DNA of 64,000 bases from an uncultured Nitrososphaerales archaeon (GCA_963695855.1 CAVOHZ010000010.1:1728001-1792000); one strand, 5' to 3'; numbered from the stretch's first letter, positions 22,928 to 33,996 are shown. A program made the numbers and translations. Notes: a model not told the origin generated them from the letters alone.

Positions 22928-23932
22928 ATGTTAGAGGATATCGGAAATCATAATAATGAGATTTCAAATAATAATAAGAAAAAAACAATAATACTTGTTA
23001 CAGGTAATATTCAATATTATCAACAACAATTTAATAATTATAATATCAATAAGTACAAAATAACATTCATCAATTGGAATGACATTTTGTCTTTTCTTAC
23101 GAATTTTGATGATACTAAACGTAAAAACCTTGAATTAATTATTTTAGATATTCCTACAGCAGCAAAAGATGCAAAGACCAATCAGATATCTACTAGCACT
23201 ATCAGAGAAATCAAAAAAATATTTTATGATACAAGAATATTTTTTATGTTACCATTCGAATCTATGATAGACAATTTACTATCTAAAGCAATATGTAAAC
23301 AAGAAGATATTCGCCTTCAACCATTTTCAGTATTTGATATAATAGATTTAATTTCCATCACAAAGAAAAATGAAAGGCTTGATCGATTACAATTAAAAGA
23401 TCACTGTATGTATATATATTCTTCTGTTGACGATAAGGTCAAGGACGCAATTAAATTTCTAAAAATAGGAATAGAAAATAATGAAATGACTCTACTACTA
23501 TTAAGCAGAGAGATTGATCCTTCTTATCTGCTATGTCAAATTGCATTACATGATATTGATATAAGTAAATTACAGAATAACGGATTATTGAAGATTGCCA
23601 ATACTGAAGAATATTATTTATCCTTTAATCAAAAAGACAATAAAATTAACACAGTAACAGTAGATAATAAAAAAGTACATAGCAACTTCTTTAATTTAGC
23701 AGATCAAGTTAACAAGAGAGAAGGAATTAATGGATTGCGAATATTTGCTATGCTTGATTGTTTCTTTGAACATGGTTTAATTGATGAATTAGTTGATTAT
23801 GAATGTGAAACTCCATTTAAATTTAGCAAACCAATTCTTGGGATATGTGCTTATAATGATAAACATATAGCACAATTATCAGAAGATCAAATCAGAAAAC
23901 TAGTATTAACTCATAGTAGCGTTTGGATATAA
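22928..23932 (+). CDS. receiver-like plus MEDS-domain protein
   Basis: ELIILDI and QPFS pseudo-receiver; HCMYIY...GLRIFA...GICAY...H. Confidence 0.75.
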   Translation: MLEDIGNHNNEISNNNKKKTIILVTGNIQYYQQQFNNYNINKYKITFINWNDILSFLTNFDDTKRKNLELIILDIPTAAKDAKTNQISTSTIREIKKIFYDTRIFFMLPFESMIDNLLSKAICKQEDIRLQPFSVFDIIDLISITKKNERLDRLQLKDHCMYIYSSVDDKVKDAIKFLKIGIENNEMTLLLLSREIDPSYLLCQIALHDIDISKLQNNGLLKIANTEEYYLSFNQKDNKINTVTVDNKKVHSNFFNLADQVNKREGINGLRIFAMLDCFFEHGLIDELVDYECETPFKFSKPILGICAYNDKHIAQLSEDQIRKLVLTHSSVWI

Positions 23933-23977
23933 TTTATTATTTCCTTCAATTTTTTATAATTATATTCTATTTATTAA

Positions 23978-24400
23978 TCACAATACTATCAATCGTTCTT
24001 TTTTATCATCTTGTTGTTGGTAGTTGTATAAAAGTGAATGAATGTTACTTCGTAGTTCGTTTAACCAGATTGGTTTGTATATAATAATCTTTTCTATATC
24101 TGGATTGTTTTTCTTTAGATGTTCTATATACTCTTTATTTGTAGCAGTAATAAATCTAAATAATAGAGCTTGATCTATATTTTTCAATTTTTTAGATAAT
24201 TTCATTCCATTCATTTTAGGCATTTTCAAATCCAGTAAAGCGAGATTATATACATTTTTTTTAAAACAGTACAAAGCATCAATAGGATCGGTAAAAGCAT
24301 CAACTTTATATCCATCATATTCTAAAAATGTTTTAAATAGATTAATGAGATCTTCATCATCATCTACTATTAATATATTTTTACCTTTTGGAATAGGCAT
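23978..24400 (-). CDS. single-domain response regulator
   Basis: ILIVDDD, LLDLKMPKMNG, FITA, KP. Confidence 0.93.
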   Translation of the reverse strand: MPIPKGKNILIVDDDEDLINLFKTFLEYDGYKVDAFTDPIDALYCFKKNVYNLALLDLKMPKMNGMKLSKKLKNIDQALLFRFITATNKEYIEHLKKNNPDIEKIIIYKPIWLNELRSNIHSLLYNYQQQDDKKERLIVL

Positions 24401-24660
24401 TTTTACATGCTCACATTATTAAACAACAACGTCCTTTATAAAGATGAGAGGGAATTATTAACAGTTTGATTTAAGAGATTAACATTTGTCTCAATAGGTG
24501 TAAGATTATAATATTTTCGAGAATAATTTTGAATATTCCAGATATAGTAGTATTCTTCACAATTCAGAAGTTTTTCTATTTCCCAATAATGGAATGCAAT
24601 TATCCATATTTTTGCTATGTTAGAAGGAGTCATTATAAAAAACGTGTACAGCGTCTTTTT

Positions 24661-25290
24661 TCAATACTCTTTGTATCTGAAGCACTTTATCTCATGATCG
24701 TTTACCATGCCGACTGCCTGCATAAAGGCATAGCAGATGGTGGAGCCAACAAACTTGAAACCGTGTTTAAGCAAGTCTTTGCTCATTGTATCGGACTCCT
24801 TAGTGTTGGTTGGAATATCTTTAATTGTTTTGATTTTGTTATTGATCGGCCTGCCGTTTACAAACTGCCAGATATACACATCGAAAGTACCGAATTCTTT
24901 TTGAATTTTCAAAAATGCTTTGGCATTGTCGATCGTAGATGCAATCTTCAAGCGATTACGGATAATCCCTGGATCAGTAAGGAGTCGATTTACGTCTTCC
25001 TTCCCATAACAAGCGATTTTGTCCGCATGGAAGCCATCAAATGCCCTGCGGTAGTTTTCACGTTTATTTAAAACGGTTTGCCATGTAAGACCTGCCTGGG
25101 CACCCTCAAGAATTAGGAATTCAAAGAGCGTGTGATCGTCATGCACTGGTACACCCCACTCCTTATCATGATACTCAATCATGAGAGGATTATTAAATCC
25201 TGTCCAACTACACCGTCTTTTGTTGTACATTACATTTTCATTGGAGAAGGTATAGTTACTTGTAGATATGACATTCGATGATTTATCCAT
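24661..25290 (-). CDS. tag: DNA-3-methyladenine glycosylase I
   Basis: RCSW, YHDKEWG.P, LEGAQAGLTW, IIRNRLKI, GFKFVGSTICYAFMQAVGMVNDH...C. Confidence 0.96.
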   Translation of the reverse strand: MDKSSNVISTSNYTFSNENVMYNKRRCSWTGFNNPLMIEYHDKEWGVPVHDDHTLFEFLILEGAQAGLTWQTVLNKRENYRRAFDGFHADKIACYGKEDVNRLLTDPGIIRNRLKIASTIDNAKAFLKIQKEFGTFDVYIWQFVNGRPINNKIKTIKDIPTNTKESDTMSKDLLKHGFKFVGSTICYAFMQAVGMVNDHEIKCFRYKEY

Positions 25291-25531
25291 TTGCTTTAAA
25301 ATAATATATCAATGATATTAAATATTATGTAACTCACAGATGTTACGTTAATACTAACCTTCTTGAAATGTTTCAACTGATGAAGATGGGAAGTTTTGAT
25401 AGGAACAAGAATAAGCATATTTATCCTCATTCTACGTTTTAGCAAAATTAAAAAACTAAAATATTATAATAATAAAAATGAAAATCATTTGATACATACA
25501 ATAAAATAACTTAAATATTTACTAGACATAA

Positions 25532-25843
25532 ATGAAAATTTCTGAACTATGTAAAATGATCCAAGACTCATTTCACTCTGGAAAATATCCTCTGGATCAG
25601 GATATTGAAAAACAAATGATAGGTCTTGTACAGGTCATAAACAGATCATCGTCTGATGACCTGAAACTAGAGAAAGACATCAAAATAGAAATAAGATTAA
25701 AGGATCTATATGTTTTGAACAACTATATTCAGAGTATCCAACACTTACCAGGAGTAATTGAAATAGATGCATTAGACTCTTTTAAAATGCTAAGTAGACG
25801 TATTGGGAGAATAGAGAAACCTAATATTTCATTTCCTACATAG
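25532..25843 (+). CDS. conserved hypothetical protein
   Basis: clean 103-aa ORF. Confidence 0.6.
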   Translation: MKISELCKMIQDSFHSGKYPLDQDIEKQMIGLVQVINRSSSDDLKLEKDIKIEIRLKDLYVLNNYIQSIQHLPGVIEIDALDSFKMLSRRIGRIEKPNISFPT

Positions 25844-25944
25844 AAGTAAATGCATTGCTTTATAAAATGTGTTTATTCTTTGGTAAAGTTTCTTTTTGGG
25901 CATAAGTTATTTATACTTATAGTATTTTTTGATCCTTTCTTAAA

Positions 25945-26130
25945 TCATGAAAAAGATATTGTTGAAAAAAAAACTCCGGCTGAAAGAGCAGCAAGATCAT
26001 CTCTAATTCTTTCGGGATAACAAATAAAAATGGACAAAATAGCACCAATGAGAAACGCACTTGAAACTACAGTAGATAATAATAAAGTATTTAAGATTTC
26101 AAAAAATTCATTATTCACTATAATATTCAC
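25945..26130 (-). pseudogene. N-terminal fragment of a ZIP-like membrane transporter
   Basis: SSAFLIGA...LAALSAGVFFSTISFS followed by a stop. Confidence 0.55.
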
Positions 26131-26788
26131 AAATTAATATGCTAATTTGAACTAATAGCTTAAAACTTAAATTAATACTCATTATAAAAGCAATATAATT
26201 TTTGTAAAGTTATTTTTTATCATAATATGAAATATTTTATTTTAGATTAAATCTATTAATGTGTCTATTACTATAAAACATTTTAATCAAAACTGCTATT
26301 AATTTTTAACAAAACAAAGGAATGTTTATTTGTCATAGACTTTAACACCATATAAATGGGATTACATTCACGATTTTCTACCATTAGGTATTTTTATCAT
26401 CTTTGCTTTTGATGAAAAAGCTAATTGAAGTAAAATTTTTACTTTAATATCAAATAAATTCGAGATAAAATAATAAAAAAGTAAAATTGAATTAAAAAAA
26501 TTTGTCGAATATTGAAAAATAAATATTTTTACATATCTTAAAAGAATAACAAATAAATTTAAATATATTCTCACTGATGTTTTCATTTTAAATATACTAC
26601 TAATACAAAAATCTGTTTGCACGGTTCATCTTTTAACTTAACAGTAGGGTTCTACTACATAATTAGCAAGATGCTCGGGAGTGGAACCGTCCATGTAGTA
26701 CGGTTCTACTACCATGTATTTAGCTTTTATTATTAGAAACTTAATTAAATATAAAAATCAAAATCCGTTTAATAGTTTGTCATTTATC

Positions 26789-26971
26789 TTACTGAGATTT
26801 TCTATTATGAAGAGCATCTTTTTGGATTAATATGAATATCATTTGATAAAAAGAAATTCCTAATTTTAATGCCTCAAAATCTATATTTTTTATTGTTTCA
26901 TTATTTGATGAAGATAGTATAAATTCATCAATAATTTTTTTGAATTTAAAATCATCATGGTGTTGGAACAC
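26789..26971 (-). CDS. small hypothetical protein
   Basis: IDFEALKLGISFYQMIF motif. Confidence 0.5.
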   Translation of the reverse strand: MFQHHDDFKFKKIIDEFILSSSNNETIKNIDFEALKLGISFYQMIFILIQKDALHNRKSQ

Positions 26972-27180
26972 AAGCTTAGTCTATCAATATAGTTATTATT
27001 AGTTTCTTAGAAATGTTAATGACATGCATGCATAACGTTTGACTACTAGTATTCTAGAAAGACCAATGATAAATGAATTCTATAAAAAAATAATTATCAT
27101 TAAGTCCGTTTAAAAATAATGAATTACCTAAGTGGTCTTTACTCTTTTATTAGGGATGTAAATAATCCATCATTGGCATT

Positions 27181-27250
27181 GAGGGGATGGGATTCGAACC
27201 CCTATATGTATTCACGGGTTTATATTTTAGTATCGCTAGAGTAATAGATT
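27181..27250 (-). other. tRNA 3'-half fragment plus conserved arm (att-like; candidate left end of element A)
   Basis: reverse complement GGGTTCGAATCCCATCCCCTC; followed on + by CACGGGTTT and TATCGCTAGAG as at 45056. Confidence 0.65.
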
Positions 27251-27334
27251 GTAACTATATAAAAACATGATAGTATACTATAAAAAATAAAAAAAAGAAA
27301 TGATAGATGTTATCCACACTTAAAGATGACTAGA

Positions 27335-28087
27335 CTAGTCTTGAGGTGGTGGGAATACGGTTGGTGGAATAGCATCATCAAATATGTTATTGATACAATT
27401 CACTACAATAGTAAACTGTTCTTCTGAAAAACCTGCATTGGAAAATGCCTGTGCTAATGTAGTACCAAGTTGTTGCAAGGTGTTCTCATCCCCGGCTGCA
27501 AATGCTTCGGAAATTTCTTCACATAGTTGTTCAAATGTTGTTACTTGACCTTGTGTTAAATCACTTATCTCAGTAAGTAGTTCAGTCTGCTCTTCTTCTG
27601 AATCTAGATTTTCGGTGAAGCAGTCTTCACATGGACTGGGTTCTTCTTCTGCTGGTGGTGGAGTAATTTTTACCTGTTCATTGTCATTGACATTTACACA
27701 TATGTTTACAAGATTTCTCTCGAAGTTTATACTATCTCCCCATCCATTACCATTTTGTGTACCTGTTGCGTCTGCTGCTCCTTCATTTGCTGCTGCAGTG
27801 GCAGTATCATCTTGAGGTATTTGGGTAATATCTATACCATTTACATTTATGTTACTATTTACACACTTTATTTTCTGGATATCTGTATGAGAACTCTTTT
27901 TTTGATGGTTATTGTCATAACCGTATCTATTGTCGTCTTGATAATAGTTATTGTCGTATCCATAATCATTGGCGTACATCTGTGCTTGCGCATTTCCTAT
28001 CATGTTTGATGGATTTAGAGCGAATAGACCTGCTGCCACTATCAACGTGATAGAAGCCAGAACTATCTTTTTTGTCTGATGGGTCAT
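27335..28087 (-). CDS. secreted paralogue: constant N-terminus plus CxxC helical domain
   Basis: signal peptide; Tyr/Asn-rich region; IQKIKCVNSNINVNG; NLVNICVNVNDN; CEDCF..LC..C. Confidence 0.85.
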   Translation of the reverse strand: MTHQTKKIVLASITLIVAAGLFALNPSNMIGNAQAQMYANDYGYDNNYYQDDNRYGYDNNHQKKSSHTDIQKIKCVNSNINVNGIDITQIPQDDTATAAANEGAADATGTQNGNGWGDSINFERNLVNICVNVNDNEQVKITPPPAEEEPSPCEDCFTENLDSEEEQTELLTEISDLTQGQVTTFEQLCEEISEAFAAGDENTLQQLGTTLAQAFSNAGFSEEQFTIVVNCINNIFDDAIPPTVFPPPQD

Positions 28088-28222
28088 TGCATTGTTAAAT
28101 GCGAATTTAATATATCTAATGTTGGAAGGAACATTATCTAATGTTATAATATTTCAAGATTCTGAATTATTCACAATAAGAATAATAGCAATTGATCTAC
28201 AAGTACAATATGAGATATTATA
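28088..28222. repeat. conserved upstream repeat R2
   Basis: about 135 bp shared with R3-R7. Confidence 0.9.
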
Positions 28223-28312
28223 ACAATATTATACGTTAAATTATAATAAGTTAATTAATTCAAAATAAATAAAAAATAAATTGAAAGGTGAGATCTCACC
28301 CAAACGTTCTGT

Positions 28313-29392
28313 TTATACTATTGTTGGTGGCGGGATAGCATCGTTAAATACGTCATTTAGACAGTCGAATACAGTGTTAAACTGATCTGTTAATTGTGCT
28401 TGGTTAAATGCGTTTTCTAATAGATTGCTAAGTTGTTGCAACGTGTCCTCATCCCCGGCTGCTACTGCTTCGGAAAATTCTTCACATAGTTGTTCAAATG
28501 TGGTTATTTGACCCGATGTCAGTCCACTTATCGCAGTAAGTAGGCTAGCCTGGTCATCATCATTTAGATTTCGGGTAAAACATTCATCACATGTAACCTC
28601 TTTGATTGTAATTGAATTTGTTGCTGTACAGGTCTGTGTTTGTCCCGCCGCTATTGTTCCCCTTGTTATGAAACCACCGCTGTCTTCATCACAATCTCCT
28701 GTATATGATACAATAAGAGCGGCTTGGCGGGGTGGATCGTTATGATCAGGAGATTGCAACCAAGCAATGATATCGGTGATGTACTGCCCGAAATCTTCTA
28801 TTACTTGATAATCACCCGGATCCAACGTTACGACTGTTCCACTAGTAGAACTGGGAAATTGTTCTGAAGGATTTGGATTGTTACCAGTCACTTGGAAAAG
28901 AAAATCACTTTCATCTATTGTTGTTGATAGTAGGTCTTCACAATCACCTTCAATTTCGTCTGTACAGACAATTTTTTTAGCAACCGTCAAAGTCGTCTCT
29001 GGTGGACTAACTTGCTGTTCGTTGTCATTTACATTTACACATATGTTTACAAGGTTCCTGTCGAAGTTTATTTTATCGAAGTCATTACCATTCTGTGAAT
29101 TTGATGCGTCTGCTGCTTCTATTCCTTCATTTGCTGCTGCAGTAGCAGTAGTGTCTTCAGGTATCTTGGTAATATCTATACCATTGACATTTATGTTACT
29201 GTTTACACAGTTTATTTTCTGGATATCTCCAGGAGAACTCTTTTTCGGATAGTTATTGTCATATCCATATTCATAATTTCCGTACATTTGTCCTTGAGCA
29301 TATCCTATTATTGATGGGTTTAAAGCCAATAGACCTGTCGCTATTATCACCGTGATAGAAGCCAGAACTATCTTTTTTGTCTGATGGGTCAT
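28313..29392 (-). CDS. secreted paralogue: constant N-terminus plus CnaB/prealbumin-like domain plus CxxC helical domain
   Basis: TLTVAK...YQVIE...CTATN followed by CDECF..LC..C. Confidence 0.85.
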   Translation of the reverse strand: MTHQTKKIVLASITVIIATGLLALNPSIIGYAQGQMYGNYEYGYDNNYPKKSSPGDIQKINCVNSNINVNGIDITKIPEDTTATAAANEGIEAADASNSQNGNDFDKINFDRNLVNICVNVNDNEQQVSPPETTLTVAKKIVCTDEIEGDCEDLLSTTIDESDFLFQVTGNNPNPSEQFPSSTSGTVVTLDPGDYQVIEDFGQYITDIIAWLQSPDHNDPPRQAALIVSYTGDCDEDSGGFITRGTIAAGQTQTCTATNSITIKEVTCDECFTRNLNDDDQASLLTAISGLTSGQITTFEQLCEEFSEAVAAGDEDTLQQLSNLLENAFNQAQLTDQFNTVFDCLNDVFNDAIPPPTIV

Positions 29393-29531
29393 TACCTTGT
29401 TATTTACGATTTTAATATATCTGAGGTTGGAAGGAACGCTATTTGATATTGTAATATTTCAAGATTCTGAATTATTGACTATAAGAAGAATAGAAAATGA
29501 TGTTAAGGTGGAAAGTGAAATCCTTGTGTAG
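29393..29531. repeat. conserved upstream repeat R3
   Basis: shared with R2 and R4-R7. Confidence 0.9.
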
Positions 29532-29716
29532 CAACACCAACATATGTGCCACAGAAATTTCATACGGGTTCGGTGGGAATCATGAGCCTACGTACATGAG
29601 TTGATATATTCATTTTTATTACTAAAAAGACGATTTTTCTCCTGTATCTTCGCTTAAGGTTAACAAACAACGCAGAGAATTATATAGAATAGCTTTTCTT
29701 ATCATCTTGAAAAGCT

Positions 29717-30313
29717 TTGTTATCGCTAGAAGCCATTCTTGGAGTAATAGGAATAAGTGCTACAATAGTCGTCGGTGTAGGAGTATATAGATTACAAAGA
29801 AAGGAAAAAGAGGACACTGATAATGTTCTAAGAATAATTAACAGTGTAACCCTAAAACAATCAGAGATTCTTGATTGGTGGAAGATTCAACGTAGAAAAC
29901 ATGTAGATTGGTTTGTATATCATGTTGGTGGCGCTTTACAAACTCTTATAAAAGATTATCAGGAATTAAATGAAGGATTAACTAAATATCAAAATGATAC
30001 ATCTGAAGAAAATCTTAAAAGCATAATGGATATCTTAGACAAGTGCAGAACAACTCTGGCTCAATTAGTGGCATTAGCGGAACGAGATATTTTAGTTGCT
30101 GCAGCTCATATTGCCAATCCCTGGATTGAAGGAAAATTTCTTGAAGTGATTTTGTCGTATGAAACTGGAATATTTCTTAGAGAAGAAACAATCCGTTCCA
30201 TGGATAACGACCAATTAAGTCAATACAAACAATCAGTGCAACTAGTAATCAATAAAATGCAAAATGATCTAGAAATTATACAAAAAGAGAAAAAAATTGA
30301 AGAATTAAAATAA
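29717..30313 (+). CDS. membrane-anchored helical hypothetical protein
   Basis: N-terminal TM segment followed by a helical region. Confidence 0.65.
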   Translation: MLSLEAILGVIGISATIVVGVGVYRLQRKEKEDTDNVLRIINSVTLKQSEILDWWKIQRRKHVDWFVYHVGGALQTLIKDYQELNEGLTKYQNDTSEENLKSIMDILDKCRTTLAQLVALAERDILVAAAHIANPWIEGKFLEVILSYETGIFLREETIRSMDNDQLSQYKQSVQLVINKMQNDLEIIQKEKKIEELK

Positions 30314-30537
30314 GGCCGATGGTTGTATTCCGAATTGCTTGTGCGTTTCTCAGATTAACTGTCCATGTTGTGGGAGTTTAGGTGGTATTTTGGGGGACAT
30401 GACTCGAACTTATTATCAAAAATTAAAAACTTTAAGATTTTGTAACTATTAAATTAACAATATGAGCAGATACCATAAATTTAGACGAAATTATGATAAA
30501 TGTTTTTATAAATCAGTTATAAATCCAATCATAAATT

Positions 30538-31089
30538 ATGAAAATATTTTTTGTTCTTTTAGTTGCTGTTACATCGCTAGTATTAGGAATATCCTTTGAT
30601 GAAAGTTTCTCTGAATTAGAAAATACATATACTAATGAGAAATGTGGCATATCCATTCAATATCCAAAGGATTGGACTGTAGAGGAATCAAATTATAAAT
30701 ATGAAGATAAATCAAAAACTATTGCAGATTTTCAATCTGAAGATGATGATATTTATGGATTGGATATCGAAATAGAAAATTATGGACTTTCAAAATATTC
30801 AATGTCAGACATTGCTGAAGAAACAGGGTTTGAGACCTTATTACCAGATTCCAAAATCATATATTCAGGAACTGGTGAGATAAATGGATTTCCTACCTAT
30901 AAATTAATTTACTCGGATGGTATTGAATTTTATAGATCCCATATTTTGATAATTGCTTATGATAGAGAATATCAATTAAACTTTGACGAATCAAATAAAG
31001 AAGACTTTGATAAATATTCATTGATAGTTGATGAAATGGCTAAAAGTATTAAAATTACTAAACCAAATTTTGATGGGATAAATTGTTAA
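30538..31089 (+). CDS. secreted PsbP-like protein
   Basis: signal peptide; TYTNEKCGISIQYPKDW; INGFPTYKLIY; MAKSIKI. Confidence 0.75.
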   Translation: MKIFFVLLVAVTSLVLGISFDESFSELENTYTNEKCGISIQYPKDWTVEESNYKYEDKSKTIADFQSEDDDIYGLDIEIENYGLSKYSMSDIAEETGFETLLPDSKIIYSGTGEINGFPTYKLIYSDGIEFYRSHILIIAYDREYQLNFDESNKEDFDKYSLIVDEMAKSIKITKPNFDGINC

Positions 31090-31479
31090 ACAAAGTATTT
31101 ATTTTTTATTTTCTTCTATTACATACCATCTAACTGTTAAAATTTATCAACTATAAAAGTTATTATTTCTTCTGAATCTTCATATAGTTTAATTTAATCT
31201 ATACAAGTTATTATTTCTTCTGAATCTTCATATATACCAATTAGCCTATATTCTCTAATCCTATTTACTTATAATATCATATAAGCAGGAAAAAATATTT
31301 GCTATCGTATTTAATTATAGTAATGTTAAACTACTATAAAGTATTCCAAAAACGAATTGATTAGAAAATATATGCTAAGTGGTATAGTTTAATTTAATCT
31401 ATACAAGTATATATTTTATATTCTTGTGATCATCGCTATATACAACATATCTTATAGCCTAAGTTCTAGTAACAATTCT

Positions 31480-31565
31480 ATAGAAACTGTTTTTGCACAA
31501 AAATCTATGCAAACATATGAAAATGAAAAGTATGGATTTAAAATTCAATATCCGTTCAATTGGGA
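31480..31565 (+). pseudogene. PsbP-like gene fragment near-identical to part of 37186-37779
   Basis: FAQKSMQTYENEKYGFKIQYPFNW shared. Confidence 0.75.
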
Positions 31566-31569
31566 ATAT

Positions 31570-31775
31570 GAGCGTAATCCTATTTTTCTATTTTTCTTTA
31601 TTAATCTAATCAGCCTTCCATCTCCTGTACCTAAATCTAATATTCTGTTTGTATCTTTAGGAATATGTTCAAATAAAACTGCCTCACCTTCTGAACGGTG
31701 CGAAAGACTATCAGATACATTAAGATATGCAAGAGCATTTTGAGCATTAGACCACTCCTTTGCAGATTGACTCAT
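31570..31775 (-). pseudogene. 5' fragment of a class I SAM-dependent methyltransferase
   Basis: RILDLGTGDGRL motif I, then truncated. Confidence 0.8.
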
Positions 31776-32179
31776 ATTTGATTTTCAGAAAATTGTAAAT
31801 TTTCTTATTCAAATACTTTTCTTATATACATAGTAGAATAGTCTATTGTCAGTGGTTAATTAAAACTACTTATATGTTCAATCAATTTCTTTTAAAAAAT
31901 TGGACAAATGAATTATAATTTTATAATATGACAAAAGATTTTAAAAAATAAATAGTTATAAAATATTTAGAAATAATGGAACAATGTTAATTGCCATTAT
32001 CTAAGGGAATTGAATATTCATAGTTTCAATGTTTAATCGCAAATTTAAAATATTAACTAATTGTTTTATCAAAGGACTAAATCTTGAGTCGAGATAGTAG
32101 ACAATTTTAATAACCTTTTGTTATTTGGTTAATTTATAGAGATATGTAAATAAATTACTTCTCATATATAAATTAAGGA

Positions 32180-33802
32180 GTGGTAAAAAAAATAGAACCA
32201 AATAGAATTTACATTTCTTTTGTTCTATTATTTAGTGTTTTATTACTATGTACAATTCTAACCATTACTCCTGGTACAATTCTGAAGAATGTTGATGCAA
32301 ATGTAGGAATGGATGGTAGTATGGATGGTATGGATGAGAATGGGGATGAAGAGGAAGATGAGAATGGGGATGAAGATGAAGATGAAAAAAGTCAAGCAAC
32401 AAGTCAAGCAAATGCTTGTGGTAACGGTGAACTACCATTGAATGTTGGATGTCAAAACACGGCATCGCAATTACAAGGGGATGAAAATTCTGCTGCAATG
32501 GATGGATACCAGCGTGAGGCTGAAGAGGATGATGAAGAGGCTGACGTGGATGAAGAAGATGAAACCGATCAAGATGACTTGATTAAGGCACTAAGAGGTC
32601 GAGAGGATGTAGATGAGGAAGAAGATGAGGAACAAGATTTTGTAGATGATGAGGGAGATGAGGAAGAATCTCAGGATACTTTGACTGGCACATCTGCTAA
32701 ACCTGCTAATATTATCACTGAAATTAATGATGATGGTAAAAAGGAAACTACTGAATTGTTAGATAATGGAGGAAGGATAATTACGGTTTTTGAACCCGGT
32801 GATGATACGAAAATAGCAAAAGTCGACTCTGTGGATAGTACTGGAAAGCATATAAGCTTTGAAAAATATATATATGATCCAAGTACTGGAACAAAAACAC
32901 GCTTTGACACTTTGAAGTATGATCCTCCTGGAAAGCCAAAAAGTGAGATTATGACTTGGTATGATCCAAGTACCGAGGCAGTAACATTCATTGAAAAGTC
33001 TGAATATAATCCAAGTACTGGAAGAATACAAAGTGCGATTGGGACTTCATATGATCCAAATACTGAGGAGATAACAAAAGTTAAAAAGATTGAGCTTGAT
33101 CCAATTACTAGAGATCTAAAAAGTTTGAGTGAGACTTCATATGATCCTCCTGGAAAGCCAACAACAGAGAGGGGGACTTTATACGATCCAGGTACTAAAA
33201 AGCCAGCAAGTAAGAGTTTCACTACATACGATATAAGTACTGAAAAGCCATTAAGTAAGTTGGTCACTTTATATGATCCAAGTACTGAAGAGGAAAAAAG
33301 TTCTACTCTGATTCAATATGTGCCTGGTACTGAAAAGCAAAAAAGTAAGACTGTGGAGCAATATATGCCAGGTACTCGCAAGGTAGCAGGCACTGCAGAC
33401 ATTTTGTATGATCCAAGTACTGGAAAGCCAGAAACAAAGAGTGTGAGTGATTATGATCCAGGTACTACAAACATAAAAAGTAAGACTGTGACGCAATATG
33501 TGCCAGGTACTGAAAACCCAGCAAGTAAGAGTATCACTTTATACGATCCAAGTACTAACAAGGGAACGGCAAAAAGTGATATTAAGATTGAATATGACAT
33601 TAGTACCGGTAAGAAAATAAGGACTACCGATTATGTTCCAAATAATGTAGGAACGCCAAAAAGCATGACAAAATACGATCCTAAAACAAATATGCCAACA
33701 ACCACTATAAATTACAACCCTGATGGTACTGAAAAAGAAATATTTCTCTATAAAGATGGCAAGATGGTTAAATCTCCACGTTCGCCTGATCTAAAGAAAT
33801 AA
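32180..33802 (+). CDS. secreted acidic protein with about 17-aa YDP(S/G)T beta-repeats
   Basis: N-terminal TM; D/E-rich tracts; NACGNG..PLNVGCQN; roughly 20 Y(D/V)P repeats. Confidence 0.85.
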   Translation: MVKKIEPNRIYISFVLLFSVLLLCTILTITPGTILKNVDANVGMDGSMDGMDENGDEEEDENGDEDEDEKSQATSQANACGNGELPLNVGCQNTASQLQGDENSAAMDGYQREAEEDDEEADVDEEDETDQDDLIKALRGREDVDEEEDEEQDFVDDEGDEEESQDTLTGTSAKPANIITEINDDGKKETTELLDNGGRIITVFEPGDDTKIAKVDSVDSTGKHISFEKYIYDPSTGTKTRFDTLKYDPPGKPKSEIMTWYDPSTEAVTFIEKSEYNPSTGRIQSAIGTSYDPNTEEITKVKKIELDPITRDLKSLSETSYDPPGKPTTERGTLYDPGTKKPASKSFTTYDISTEKPLSKLVTLYDPSTEEEKSSTLIQYVPGTEKQKSKTVEQYMPGTRKVAGTADILYDPSTGKPETKSVSDYDPGTTNIKSKTVTQYVPGTENPASKSITLYDPSTNKGTAKSDIKIEYDISTGKKIRTTDYVPNNVGTPKSMTKYDPKTNMPTTTINYNPDGTEKEIFLYKDGKMVKSPRSPDLKK

Positions 33803-33996
33803 TAAAAAGAAGGGAACTTTGCCTATTAAATTTAATTTAGTGCTCTAATGTACATTTTATTTTATTCTTTTCTATGATTTGTGTTTGGCTTAAGGCTTAG
33901 TTCCACACACAAACAAAAAACATAGAATAGAATTAAAGATCAAGATTTGTGAAAATTAAGATAAAAAATAGAATAAGGATTACCAACCATATTTTA

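Noticed and set aside
24436-25071. ORFs 24529-25071 (+) and 24436-24633 (-)
   Set aside because: One is antisense to tag; the other is a motif-less short ORF.
26643-26716. GTAG..GGTTCTACTAC repeats around a GGGAGTGGAACC core
   Set aside because: Too short and degenerate; counted only as a weak att-like scar.
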